From an uncultured Verrucomicrobiae bacterium (lineage in GTDB: Bacteria > Verrucomicrobiota > Verrucomicrobiia > Limisphaerales > JAFGQR01), in contig CAWBHS010000002.1 of the NCBI GenBank assembly GCA_963788655.1, positions 1-64,000 of the forward strand: a DNA stretch of 64,000 nt, written 5' to 3'. Of the stretch, positions 9,846-19,487 are shown piece by piece (the stretch's first letter is position 1; each line of letters starts with the position of its first letter). The notes beneath the pieces were generated by a model. That model was not told where the DNA came from. It saw nothing but the letters and a program-made list of their open reading frames with translations, and ran no database searches. The position numbers were made by a program, and so were the translations under genes.

Positions 9846-10869
9846 ATGGCCCGCAAGCTGAGAGTCGAGTATCCCGGCGCGATTTACCCCGTGAGATAAC
9901 GGACAAGCCTTCTGGTTGGGCCTACCGCGCCATTCGCCATTTTCACCTGAGCGTTCGGGTGTCCACCTATCTCACCGGGTGAATCGCGGTGACCGGCGCG
10001 AGCCGATCTTCCTGGATGACGCGGATCGCCAGCGCTTCGTCGAGACGCTGGGCGAGGTGTGCGCCAAAACGGGCTGGCAGGTTCACGCCTACGTTCTCAT
10101 GCCGAATCATTTTCATCTGGTGGTCGAGACGCCGCAGCCGAATCTGGTCGCGGGGATGAAGTGGTTTCTGGGCACTTACACCAGCCGCTTCAACCGGCGG
10201 CACAAGCTGTTCGGGCATCTGTTCTCCGGTCGCTACAAGTCGCTGATCGTGGATGGCTCGGGCAGCGGCTATCTCAAGAGCGTGTGCGATTACGTGCATC
10301 TGAATCCGGCGCGGGCCAAGCTGATGGCGGTGGACGCGCCCTTGAAGAGTTTTGCCTGGAGCAGTTGGCCGGCGTATTTGCTGGCACCGTCGAAGCGTCC
10401 GGCGTGGTTGCGGGTGGACCGGCTGTTGGGAGAGTGGGGCATCCCCAAGGACAGCCCGGCGGGGCGGCAACGGCTGGAGCAGGCGCTGGAAGAACGGCGC
10501 GGGGCGGAGGAGGGCGAGGAGTTCAAACCGATCCGGCGCGGCTGGTGTCTGGGCGAGGAGACGTTTCGGAAGGAGTTGCTGGCGCAGATGAGCGAGCGGC
10601 TGGGGGCGGAGCATTATGGGGAGGAGCGGGCGGAGTCGGCGGAAATGCTGGCGGAACAAATCATTGCGAGTGAGCTGAAACGGCGGCGATGGAAAGAAGC
10701 GGATCTTAAAACTCGGCCCAAGGGGGATGCGGCGAAGGTGGCGTTGGCGGCGCGTCTGCGGGCGGAGACGACGCTGACCGTGGGGTGGATTGCCGAGCGC
10801 CTGGGGATGGGCACGCGCGGGCATTTGAATCACCTGCTGTATCGGCGGCGCAAGGCCGATGGGCAGTAG
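9846..10869 (+). pseudogene. Y1/HUH (RAYT-like) transposase interrupted by a MITE at 9886-9980
   Basis: True start MARKLRVEYPGAIY (ATG 9846) runs into the insertion and stops at TAA 9897. It resumes as NRGDRREPIF...MPNHFHL...DYVHLNP. Confidence 0.85.
9886..9980. repeat. MITE-like palindromic insertion (CCCCGTG family)
   Basis: ACCCCGTGAGATA...TATCTCACCGGGT, 12/13 inverted match. Confidence 0.8.
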
Positions 10870-10890
10870 TCATTATCAAGAACTGACCCC
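10869..10890 (-). repeat. Right inverted repeat of the Y1 element
   Basis: Reverse complement GGGGTCAGTTCTTGATAATGAC matches 9794-9815 at 20/22. Confidence 0.85.
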
Positions 10891-10923
10891 AGTCCGGGCT
10901 TCGGAGCCTTCTCACGTCGGCTG

Positions 10924-12490
10924 CTACGGGTTGGTTTTGAACAGCGTGTCAATTTTTCGGCGGACGTCTTCGCTCATTTTGATCAGCGGCGGCCACGGGC
11001 TTTTGAATCCTTCGCCGGCGAGCTTGCGCGTGGCGTCAATTCCCAGCTTTGTTCCCATCGCGATTTCGGAGGTTGCATGGTCCAAAACATCGGCCGGTCC
11101 TTTTGTGAAAATGTGATCGCGCTGCGGGTCGGTGTTGGCGCAGAGGCGGAAGAGGACTTCGCTGGTGTTGTGCACGTCCACGTCGTCGTCCACCACCACG
11201 ATGTATTTGGTGAACATCATCTGCCCCATGCCCCAGAGGCCGTGCATGATTTTGTAGGCCTGCATCGGGTAGGTCTTCTTGATGCTCACGAAGACGAGGT
11301 TGTGGAACACGCCTTCCGCCGGCAGCGCGATGTCCACGATCTCGGGGAAGTTCATCTTGAAGATGGGCAGGAACAATTTCACGGACGCGCCGCCGATGTA
11401 GAAGTCTTCCATCGGCGGAATGCCGACGATGGTGGCGGGATAAACGGCGTCCTTGCGATGCGTGATGGCGGTGACGTGGAAGACGGGATACGGCTCGGGC
11501 AACGTGTAATAGCCGGTGTGGTCGCCGAACGGGCCTTCGTCGCGCAGCGGCTCGGTCGGGTCAACGTAGCCTTCGATGACGAAGTCGGCGTTGGCGGGGA
11601 CTTCGAGGTCGTTGGTCTCGCACTTGACGAGTTCGACGGATTTTTTGCGCAGATAACCGGCGAGGAGGAATTCATCCGAGTCCATCGGGCAACGGCGCGG
11701 TGGCGGCGAAGGTGAACACGGGATCGCCGCCGAGGAAAATGCTGACGGGCATGCGCGTGCCGGTTTCGTAGTAGCGGCGGCCGTGGCGCGCGCCGACTTT
11801 CTGGAGCTGCCAGTGCATGCCGGTGGTTTTGTCGTCGTAAATCTGGATGCGATACATGCCGACGTTGCGTTCGCCGGTGTCGGGGTCTTTGGTGACGACG
11901 CAGGGCAGCGTGATGAAGCGCCCGCCGTCGAGCGGCCAGCATTTTTGGATGGGAAGATTGAGTAGGGTCGGAGCACTGCGAATGCCGATAACTGATGACT
12001 GATCGACTCTGCGGCTCCTGCCTGACCAGTCATCAGGTGACGGCCTTGGCCACGGTTCGGTGCGGCTGGACGGGGCATCGAATTTATGGATGACTTCCTT
12101 GCACGGGCCGTTCTTCACCGATTTGGGTTTCGCGTGGCGCAGGTCCAGGGCGGTGCCGAGCAGCTTGATCGCTTCTTGAAACGGGTCGGCGGTTTGGCTT
12201 TCATGAGCGCGCCCAGTTCGGCGGCGGCGGCGTCCACGGATTCGGCGCCGAGGCTCAGGGCCATGCGTTTCCAGGAACCCAGCGTGTTGATGGCGACCGG
12301 AAAGGGGCTGATTTCTCCGTTGACGGTGGGCTTCTCGATCAGCAAGTGCCTTGCCGCCGCCGGGCGATTTCATTTGGCGGTCCGCCAGTTCGGTGATCTC
12401 CAGTTCGGTGGCGACCGGTTGCGCGATGCGCACGAGTTCACCGGCGCGATCCAGCGCATTGATCCAGTCCCGAAACGATTCGTAAGCCAT
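10924..12490 (-). CDS. ubiD: UbiD-family decarboxylase (menaquinone-biosynthesis type); 3 apparent frameshifts
   Basis: MAYESFRDWI...[53 protein letters not shown]; pieces lie in ORFs 11672-12532, 12115-12345 and 10924-12078. Confidence 0.9.
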
Positions 12491-12559
12491 GCGCAAGAAG
12501 ATTTCGCCAAGCCGACTGGGAAGCAACCGCAATTTAAAACGAATGGTCTGATGAGCAAC

Positions 12560-13313
12560 TTACGGTAACAAATACATGTCCCACTTTTCCGTTCCAGACG
12601 CGGCTTCGCCTCGCAAAAGAGCCGCCACCGCCAGTAGGGCTTTGCGCGCGTCCCCCAGCGGATAATAGAAGGCATCCCAATTCTCGCTGTCCTCCCCGTC
12701 GTGATTGGGAATCACGTGGTCGAAGTGACGGGCCTCCTGTAATTCCCGGTAGGCGCTACCGGCGCGCCGCTCGATTTCCTCGAGGTCCTTGAGGGACAAT
12801 TCAGTTTTCTGCCGGCGGGTTCGGCGCAGCAGTTTGCGGCGCATCACATCGGTAACCAATCCGGGTACAGGCAGCACTCGTTTCGTCGCGGAGAAAACGG
12901 AGTTCCGCCTGTGACAGCGGTGCCATAAACATGCCGAGCCGTGGCACCTCGCCCAGTCGGGAATGAGTTTGCAGCGTGCGCGCGACAAATGGATTACCCT
13001 CAAAGAACGCATCGCCCTGCGCCAGCAACGCCAACAGATCCTCGAGATCCAGCGCCTGCAAATCACCGCGCACGTCCATGACTACGTAGCGATCCTGATC
13101 CCGCAATTCCTCGATCTGCTGGCGGGTGCGGAAATGGTAGTCCTTGCCGTCACGCTCCCCCGGCCGCGGCGCCCGGGAATTGTGCAGCACGATCGGTTGC
13201 AGACGGTCGCTCAGATCCGGATAGCAACGGCTGAGCGCTTTGGCCAGCGGACTCTTTCCCACACACGATGGCCCGCTTAAGATTACCAGGCGCCCGGAGG
13301 ATTTTGATTTCAT
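12560..13313 (-). CDS. Guanylate-kinase-like P-loop protein (frameshift ~12880)
   Basis: LVILSGPSCVGKS, SRAPRPGERDGKDYHF; C-terminus FDHVIPNHDGE in the second frame. Confidence 0.7.
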
Positions 13314-13421
13314 AACTTGCTTTAGACTTGGGGAACTCTGAAGGTGTTCGGACGGCGCAGGAGCGAGCGATTTGTTCCCGGACGATTCGCCGCACATCCG
13401 CCTCCACTGACTCATTGCTTA

Positions 13422-13500
13422 GAGCCTGTTTTAAAATTCGGCGTGGTCCCCCGTCCAAAATCCCTTGCCGCAGGATCTCGCCCAATTTTAAAACAGGCTC
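13422..13500. mobile_element. 79-bp MITE with 17-bp perfect terminal inverted repeats and TTA target duplication
   Basis: TTA|GAGCCTGTTTTAAAATT...AATTTTAAAACAGGCTC|TTA. Confidence 0.8.
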
Positions 13501-13710
13501 TTAATAAACGAAATGGCATACGTCTTCTTTCGTCGTCACTTTAGGGAGGTTTACAACGAATGCAACCCTCGGAGCGGCGAGGGGTCGGCGGGGTGAGAAT
13601 ACCACCAGGCTGCACGCCGATTTTCATTCTGATGTGTTGCGGACTCGCAGTCCGTTGGACACTGGCCAAATACAGAGGCCATCGGGGTTTTGAACGCCTT
13701 GCTTCCAACG

Positions 13711-13812
13711 AAAGCGGGAGCAAGCTCCACGCACTCTAAACGCTGGCGCGAGGTTCGAATGATCCTCGGAAATCGCGAAACGCTCGGAGTGCGTCCGGCT
13801 TGCCGGCGCTTT
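13711..13812. repeat. Degenerate GGAGTGCG-type palindromic repeats
   Basis: AAAGCGGGAGCAAGCTCCACGCACTC and GGAGTGCGTCCGGCTTGCCGGCGCTTT; related to 40967-41041. Confidence 0.55.
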
Positions 13813-14049
13813 CGTAGGCCAGGCGGTGGGGCAAGGTTGGCAAGTGTAGTTTTTTGATCTGAGACGAGCGGTTCGAAAACGATGGACCACCGCCCGCATT
13901 TCACCGCCTGGCGGATAACCGGATGAGCCCTTGGTCACTGCGCCGGGGCGGGACACCTGAGGCCTCCGACCAACGCATTCGCACACGCAGCTAAAGCGCC
14001 GCAAAGTTTCCCTTAAGTTCATTCCGCCCCCGCCGATGAACCAAGCATT

Positions 14050-14455
14050 ATGATGCGCCGCATCTTTATTGGAATCGGGTTGGTGGCCGGAATCGGCCTC
14101 CTCTGGTGGGTGGTTTCAGCGGTCACCGTGAAGGCCCGCACCTCCAAGTACGACACCGACGTGAACTACCTGTTTGGGGCTTTTCAGGAGGTACAAGGAT
14201 CACGTGGGCACCTATCCCGTTGGCAGCAACGCGGAGATTGCCCGGGCCCTCAAGGGCAAGAACCCCAAGAACGTAATCATTGTGGTGGGACGCCAAATTC
14301 CCATGAATGAAAAGGGCGAATTTGTGGACCCTTGGGGCTCGGCCTTTCGGGTGTATTTCTCGGATACCGGTGTGCTGATCCGGTCAGCCGGTCCCAATAA
14401 ACGCTTCGACGACAGCAGCGCCAAAGACTGCGATGACTTTTTCCGCTCGAATTGA
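14050..14455 (+). CDS. Small membrane-anchored protein with GspG-like C-terminus (frameshift ~14185)
   Basis: N-terminal hydrophobic helix; YKDHVGTYP...DPWG...IRSAGPNKRF. Confidence 0.55.
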
Positions 14456-14696
14456 GCGGATACGTGGGGCGGAGCAATCCGCAAGTGGGAATAAGTCCAT
14501 GGGCTGCCGATCCGCGTGTTGAGGATCGCTCCTTCCAGCCAGGAGCGGTTTATGTCGCCAGACAACACGACACGCGGACCGGCGGCCCGTGGCATTTTTG
14601 CCATTGGCAAACTGCCGACTTTCCCGTTGCCTGCGTCCGGTTGCCTTGCTACGGTGCCAATCGACGCGACAACATACAAACAATCCGCCAGCCACT

Positions 14697-15605
14697 ATGA
14701 AACACCCGCAAATTTCCCGCCGCCACTTTATCGAACGCACCGCAGCTTTCACCGGAGCTGCCCTCCTGTCACCGTTGGCTTCGACCGCTGCCCCGGCACC
14801 AAGCACCAAGCGCACCGCGGTGGACCAGGTCGCGTTGGGCCGGACCGGCCTCACGCTCAGCCGCCTGGGTATTGGCACCGGCAGCAACAGTGGCAACGTC
14901 CAGTACGCCCTGGGCAAACAGGGCTTCGACCGGTTGATCCGCTATGCCTACGATCAAGGAATTACGTACATCGATGCGGCCCAAAGCTATCGAACGTTTG
15001 ATTGGATTGGCGCGGCCATCAAAGGTTTGCCGCGCGAGAAACTCTTCCTGCAATCCAAAGTTCCCGGCCAACCGGACAAGATTCTCGAAGTGATTGATCG
15101 GCACCGCAAAACGTTCGACACGGACTACATCGACAGCCTGTTGATCCATTGCATGACCCAGGACGGTTGGACCGATGACTATAAGCGGATCATGGACGCC
15201 TTCAACGAAGCGCAGGACAAGAAAATGATCCGCGCCAAGGGCGTTTCCTGCCACAGCATCCCGGCGTTGCGGACGGCCACCGCCTCGGACTGGACCCAAG
15301 TCCACCTGGTGCGGGTGAATCCGCAAGCGCATTACATCGATGGCATGGAGCAACATTGGAACAAACCCGGCCACAACCTCGATCCGGTCATGAAGGAAAT
15401 TAAAACCATGCACGCCAAGGGCCGGGGAGTGATCGGGATGAAGATCATTGGCAACGGCGATTTCACCAAAGCCGAGGACCGCGAAAAATCCATCCGTTTT
15501 GCCATGTCGCGCCCAGAGATCAACGCCATCGTCATTGGCATCAAAAGCACCGCAGAAATCGACGAAGCCCTCGAACGCATGAACCGGGCACTGGCGGTAG
15601 GCTGA
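14697..15605 (+). CDS. Aldo/keto reductase with Tat signal
   Basis: ISRRHF; LGRTGL, GITYIDAAQSY, DYIDSLLIH, GVSCH, GMKI. Confidence 0.85.
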   Translation: MKHPQISRRHFIERTAAFTGAALLSPLASTAAPAPSTKRTAVDQVALGRTGLTLSRLGIGTGSNSGNVQYALGKQGFDRLIRYAYDQGITYIDAAQSYRTFDWIGAAIKGLPREKLFLQSKVPGQPDKILEVIDRHRKTFDTDYIDSLLIHCMTQDGWTDDYKRIMDAFNEAQDKKMIRAKGVSCHSIPALRTATASDWTQVHLVRVNPQAHYIDGMEQHWNKPGHNLDPVMKEIKTMHAKGRGVIGMKIIGNGDFTKAEDREKSIRFAMSRPEINAIVIGIKSTAEIDEALERMNRALAVG

Positions 15606-15630
15606 AGGGAAGAGGGGCTGGGGGCGGAAG

Positions 15631-15762
15631 GCCGGATGCCGGATGCCGGATGCCGGATGCCCTATGCCCGATGCCGGATGTCAGATGTCAGAGGATGGAC
15701 CGCGATTGACTTCGCGAAACCTGCGTTCTATTTGGCATCGGGCATCGGGTATCCAGCATCCA
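15631..15762. repeat. Heptamer tandem repeat (GCCGGAT)n with an inverted partner
   Basis: GCCGGAT-like units 15631-15690; GGCATCGGGCATCGGGTATCCAGCATC 15733-15760. Confidence 0.8.
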
Positions 15763-15829
15763 TCCAGTGCTGGCTGGCTGCCGTAAGCCGCGCATTGCAA
15801 AGCCGGAATGTTTCCTCCAAGCTTGTCGG

Positions 15830-16378
15830 GTGAGCAGACAGTTTCAAACGGCACTGATGGCGATGGTTTTCGCGTTGGGCTTGGTGGGATGCACCAGGTC
15901 CAACTCGACGATCGCGTCCACCAATCAAACGGCCGCGCCGGTGCTGGTCACCAATTATTACCATCTCAACCATGCCCAAGGCCAATTGCCCACCATCCTG
16001 CTGTGGGTGGGCGACCAGGAACTGAAGACGGAGGTGGCGACCTCGCTGACGGAGATTGCCACCGGCATGATGTTTCGCACCAACATGGCTGAAAACACCG
16101 CCATGCTGTTTGTTTTCGCCCAGCCCGATACGCGCAGCTTCTACATGAAAAACTGCGTGGTTCCGTTATCCGCCGCCTACATTGATTCCCAGGGATTGAT
16201 TGACGAAATCATCAAGCTCGAACCCGGCGTCGAAAAACCAGTGGAGTCGCGCAGCGACGATATCCAATACGTGCTCGAAGCGCCTCGGGGCTGGTTCGCC
16301 CGTCACGGGATCACCACCGGCATGGCGATCAATACGTCGCAAGGACCGTTGAAGAATTTGCGGGGGCGGATTCGTTAA
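15830..16378 (+). CDS. DUF192 domain lipoprotein (start uncertain)
   Basis: Lipobox LVGC; GMMFR, MLFVF, FYMKNCVVPLSAAYID, YVLE. Confidence 0.8.
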   Translation: MSRQFQTALMAMVFALGLVGCTRSNSTIASTNQTAAPVLVTNYYHLNHAQGQLPTILLWVGDQELKTEVATSLTEIATGMMFRTNMAENTAMLFVFAQPDTRSFYMKNCVVPLSAAYIDSQGLIDEIIKLEPGVEKPVESRSDDIQYVLEAPRGWFARHGITTGMAINTSQGPLKNLRGRIR

Positions 16379-16387
16379 TTCGATTTT

Positions 16388-17675
16388 ATGAAGAAACATG
16401 TTCAGTCAGAAGCGTTGTTTGCGGAGGCGTTGCGCTACATCCCGGGCGGGGTGAACTCGCCGGTGCGCGCGTTTCGCGCCGTGGGCGGACAGCCTTTTTT
16501 TGTCCATCGCGCCCAAGGCGCCCATGTGTGGGACGTGGACGACAACCGTTACGTGGACTATGTGGGCACGTGGGGGCCGGCCATTCTTGGGCATGCGCAC
16601 CCCCGCATCATCAACAGAGTAAAACAGGCAGCAGAGCACGGTAACCAGCTTCGGCATTCCCAATCCGTTTGAAGTGGCGATGGCCAAAGCCGTCTGCGCG
16701 GCGGTTCCCAGTGTCCAAAAAGTGCGGATGTGCAATTCCGGCACTGAAGCCTGTATGTCGGCCATCCGACTGGCCCGGGGCTTCACCAAGCGCGATTTGA
16801 TCGTGAAGTTTGCCGGTTGTTATCATGGCCACGGCGATTCGCTGCTGGTCAAGGCGGGCTCCGGCGCGTTGACGCTCGGCCATCCGGACAGCGCGGGGGT
16901 TCCGGCTGATTTCGCGAAGCACACTCTGGTGCTGCCGTTCAACGACGCCGAAGCGGTCAAAGCCGCCTTTGTGGCGCACGGTAAAGAAATCGCCTGTGTC
17001 ATTCTGGAACTGGTCCCGGCCAACGCCGGTTTGTATTTGCCGCGGCCGGGTTATTTGGAATTGCTGCGGCAACTGACCCAGGATCACGGAGCCGTGTTGA
17101 TTGCCGACGAAGTCATGACTGGTTTTCGCGTGAGTTTCGGCGGAGCCCAGGCGGTCTATGGCTTGACGCCCGACCTGACGTGCTTTGGCAAAATCATCGG
17201 CGGCGGACTGCCGGTGGGCGCTTTCGGCGGCCGGAGTGACATCATGGATTGCCTGGCGCCACTGGGACCCGTCTATCAGGCGGGCACGTTGAGTGGTAAT
17301 CCGCTGGCGATGGCCGCAGGCCTGACTGCCCTCGAGGAACTACAGAATGGCCAGGCCTATCAACAACTCGAAAGCTTGGGCGCGCAACTCGAAGCCGGGA
17401 TGCGGGCGGCCGCAGCCGCGGCCAACGTGCCGGTGCAATTCCAACGGATCGGCTCAATGTTCTGCGGCTATTTCACCGACCAGCCGGTCCACAATCTTGA
17501 CGAGGCGATGAAGAGTGACCGCGAACGGTTCGCCCGGTTTTTCCATGGCCTGCTGGAGGAAGGAATTTACCTGGCGCCATCGCAATTCGAAGCGGGGTTC
17601 ATTTCGACGGCGCACACCGCGGCGGACATTGAAACGACCGTTGCAGCCGCGGCGAAGATCCTGAAGTCGCTGTAA
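16388..17675 (+). CDS. hemL: Glutamate-1-semialdehyde 2,1-aminomutase (frameshift ~16645)
   Basis: [50 protein letters not shown]. Confidence 0.93.
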
Positions 17676-17692
17676 TCTAGCCCCCTATTCCC

Positions 17693-18103
17693 ATGCGCAT
17701 CCTGGCTTTGGATCACGGAACGGTTCGCATCGGCGTGGCGCTGAGCGACGAGTTGCAGATAATTGCCCAACCGTTGGAGTTCATTCCGGCGGAACCTTTT
17801 GATGGATTTCTCACCCGGCTCCAGCAGCTCCTGCGGGAAAAAGAGGTCGAGCTGATTCTGATCGGCATGCCCCGCAATATGGACGGCAGCTACGGACCGG
17901 CAGCGCAAAAGGTGCAGGCGTTTGTCTCCCAGCTCAAGGACTGCATCAACGTGCCCCTCAAATTGTGGGACGAACGATTGACCTCCGCCCAAGCCAATCG
18001 CTTGCTGATTCAAGGCAAAGTGCGGCGCGACAAACGCAAACAGAAAGTGGACCAGATGGCGGCAGCGATTCTTTTGCAGAGCTATTTGGATGCGAAAGGA
18101 TGA
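17693..18103 (+). CDS. ruvX: RuvX/YqgF resolvase-like nuclease
   Basis: LALDHGTVRIGVALSD, WDERLTS, VDQMAAAILLQSYL. Confidence 0.92.
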   Translation: MRILALDHGTVRIGVALSDELQIIAQPLEFIPAEPFDGFLTRLQQLLREKEVELILIGMPRNMDGSYGPAAQKVQAFVSQLKDCINVPLKLWDERLTSAQANRLLIQGKVRRDKRKQKVDQMAAAILLQSYLDAKG

Positions 18104-18322
18104 AAAGAACGGTGCGGGGATGAAGAGTTGAAACGTGAAGCGCGAAGCGTGAATGGTGGGTAATGAGAGCACATGATTGCACTTCGTGAGAAGAACGTGA
18201 ACGACTCGAATATTCACCGGGAGAAGAAAACGAGAAGCTCCCGTGAATACCTTTCTTATGTCTTCTTTTCTTTCTTTCGGCAAATTGGCGGCAAACGAAT
18301 GCGGCAAAGTTCTTAGGCGAAG

Positions 18323-19159
18323 GTGGAGACGGTTAAAGTCAAACTCACGATTGCTTACGAGGGCACGCAGTATCAGGGCTGGCAGGTGCAGAAGGTCGGT
18401 CTGGGCGTGCAGCAGAAGGTCGAGGAAGCGCTGGGCCACCTGTTCCCCTCGGTCAAACGCATCTACAGTTCCAGCCGCACGGACACTGGCGTGCATGCTT
18501 TGGGCATGGTCGTGGACTTTAATATCCCCCGCCCGGAATTGAAGATGTCCTTGGGGAAGCTTCCCCTGGCGATCAATGCCTGGCTGCCGGATGACATCCG
18601 CGTGCTGGCCGCCCAACGGGTTGCCCACGATTTTCACGCCCGCTTCGATGCCGCCGGCAAACAGTATCGCTATTATACTTGGAACCACGCGGTAATGAAC
18701 CCCTTGCAGCGCCACCAAGCCTGGCACGTACCGGTGAAGCTGGACGTGCCGGCCATGCGCCGCGCCGCCAGGATTTTGGTCGGGCGCCATGATTTTCGCT
18801 CGTTTGCCGCCCTGCACCATTATCCGGTCGCCGACACGGTGCGCACCCTGACCCGCTGCGATTTGAAGAAGAGCGGTGCCTTGTTGACCTTCGTCATCGA
18901 AGGCGAGGGCTTCCTCTACAAAATGTGCCGCGGCATTGTGGGAACCCTGGTCCAACTCGGCCGCGGCCGGTTCAATGAGGAAGACCTCCAACGCATGCTC
19001 GCGGCCAAGGACCGTCGGCAAGCCGGAATGTCCGCTCCGGCGCACGGATTGGTTTTGTGGAAGGTGTTTTATCGGAAGAAGTCAGCGATCCCCCGGCAAC
19101 CGTCCACCGCCAAGCGTCAGCCCACAACTTCCAGCAATGCCGGAGGCTTAAAGCGATGA
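18323..19159 (+). CDS. truA: tRNA pseudouridine(38-40) synthase
   Basis: IAYEGTQYQGWQ, SRTDTGVHA, FHARFDA, GFLYKMCR, APAHGL. Confidence 0.93.
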   Translation: METVKVKLTIAYEGTQYQGWQVQKVGLGVQQKVEEALGHLFPSVKRIYSSSRTDTGVHALGMVVDFNIPRPELKMSLGKLPLAINAWLPDDIRVLAAQRVAHDFHARFDAAGKQYRYYTWNHAVMNPLQRHQAWHVPVKLDVPAMRRAARILVGRHDFRSFAALHHYPVADTVRTLTRCDLKKSGALLTFVIEGEGFLYKMCRGIVGTLVQLGRGRFNEEDLQRMLAAKDRRQAGMSAPAHGLVLWKVFYRKKSAIPRQPSTAKRQPTTSSNAGGLKR

Positions 19160-19487
19160 ACGGCACCAAGCCAGAGTTGTTCAACCGGCGCGCATGCGAA
19201 TCGCGGCGTTATCAACTGCGAGCGCCCTTCCACGCTTCATTGCCGATCGACGTATCCCCAACCAGGCGGTGACAGCCACCATGCATCCAAGGGACAAGGC
19301 GGGTTCGATAGTTCTTCCCTCTCCTTGGGGAGCGGGCCAGGGTGAGGGGAACCGCCGGCGCCAACCGTTCAATGGCGATCAAGCTTCCGGTTACTGTCCA
19401 AGCCTGGGAGTCCTTCGGCAAAGGCGGAGGTTTTCCTTCCGAATGATCGTTCAAAGGCGCCCGAAACGGTGCCAATTTTAAGCCACG

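Noticed and set aside
1991..12490. Shufflon, DGR or integron explanation for the ubiD tails
   Set aside because: Fragments are in direct orientation. No invertase, reverse transcriptase or integron integrase is present, differences are not adenine-specific, and I saw no attC-like sites.
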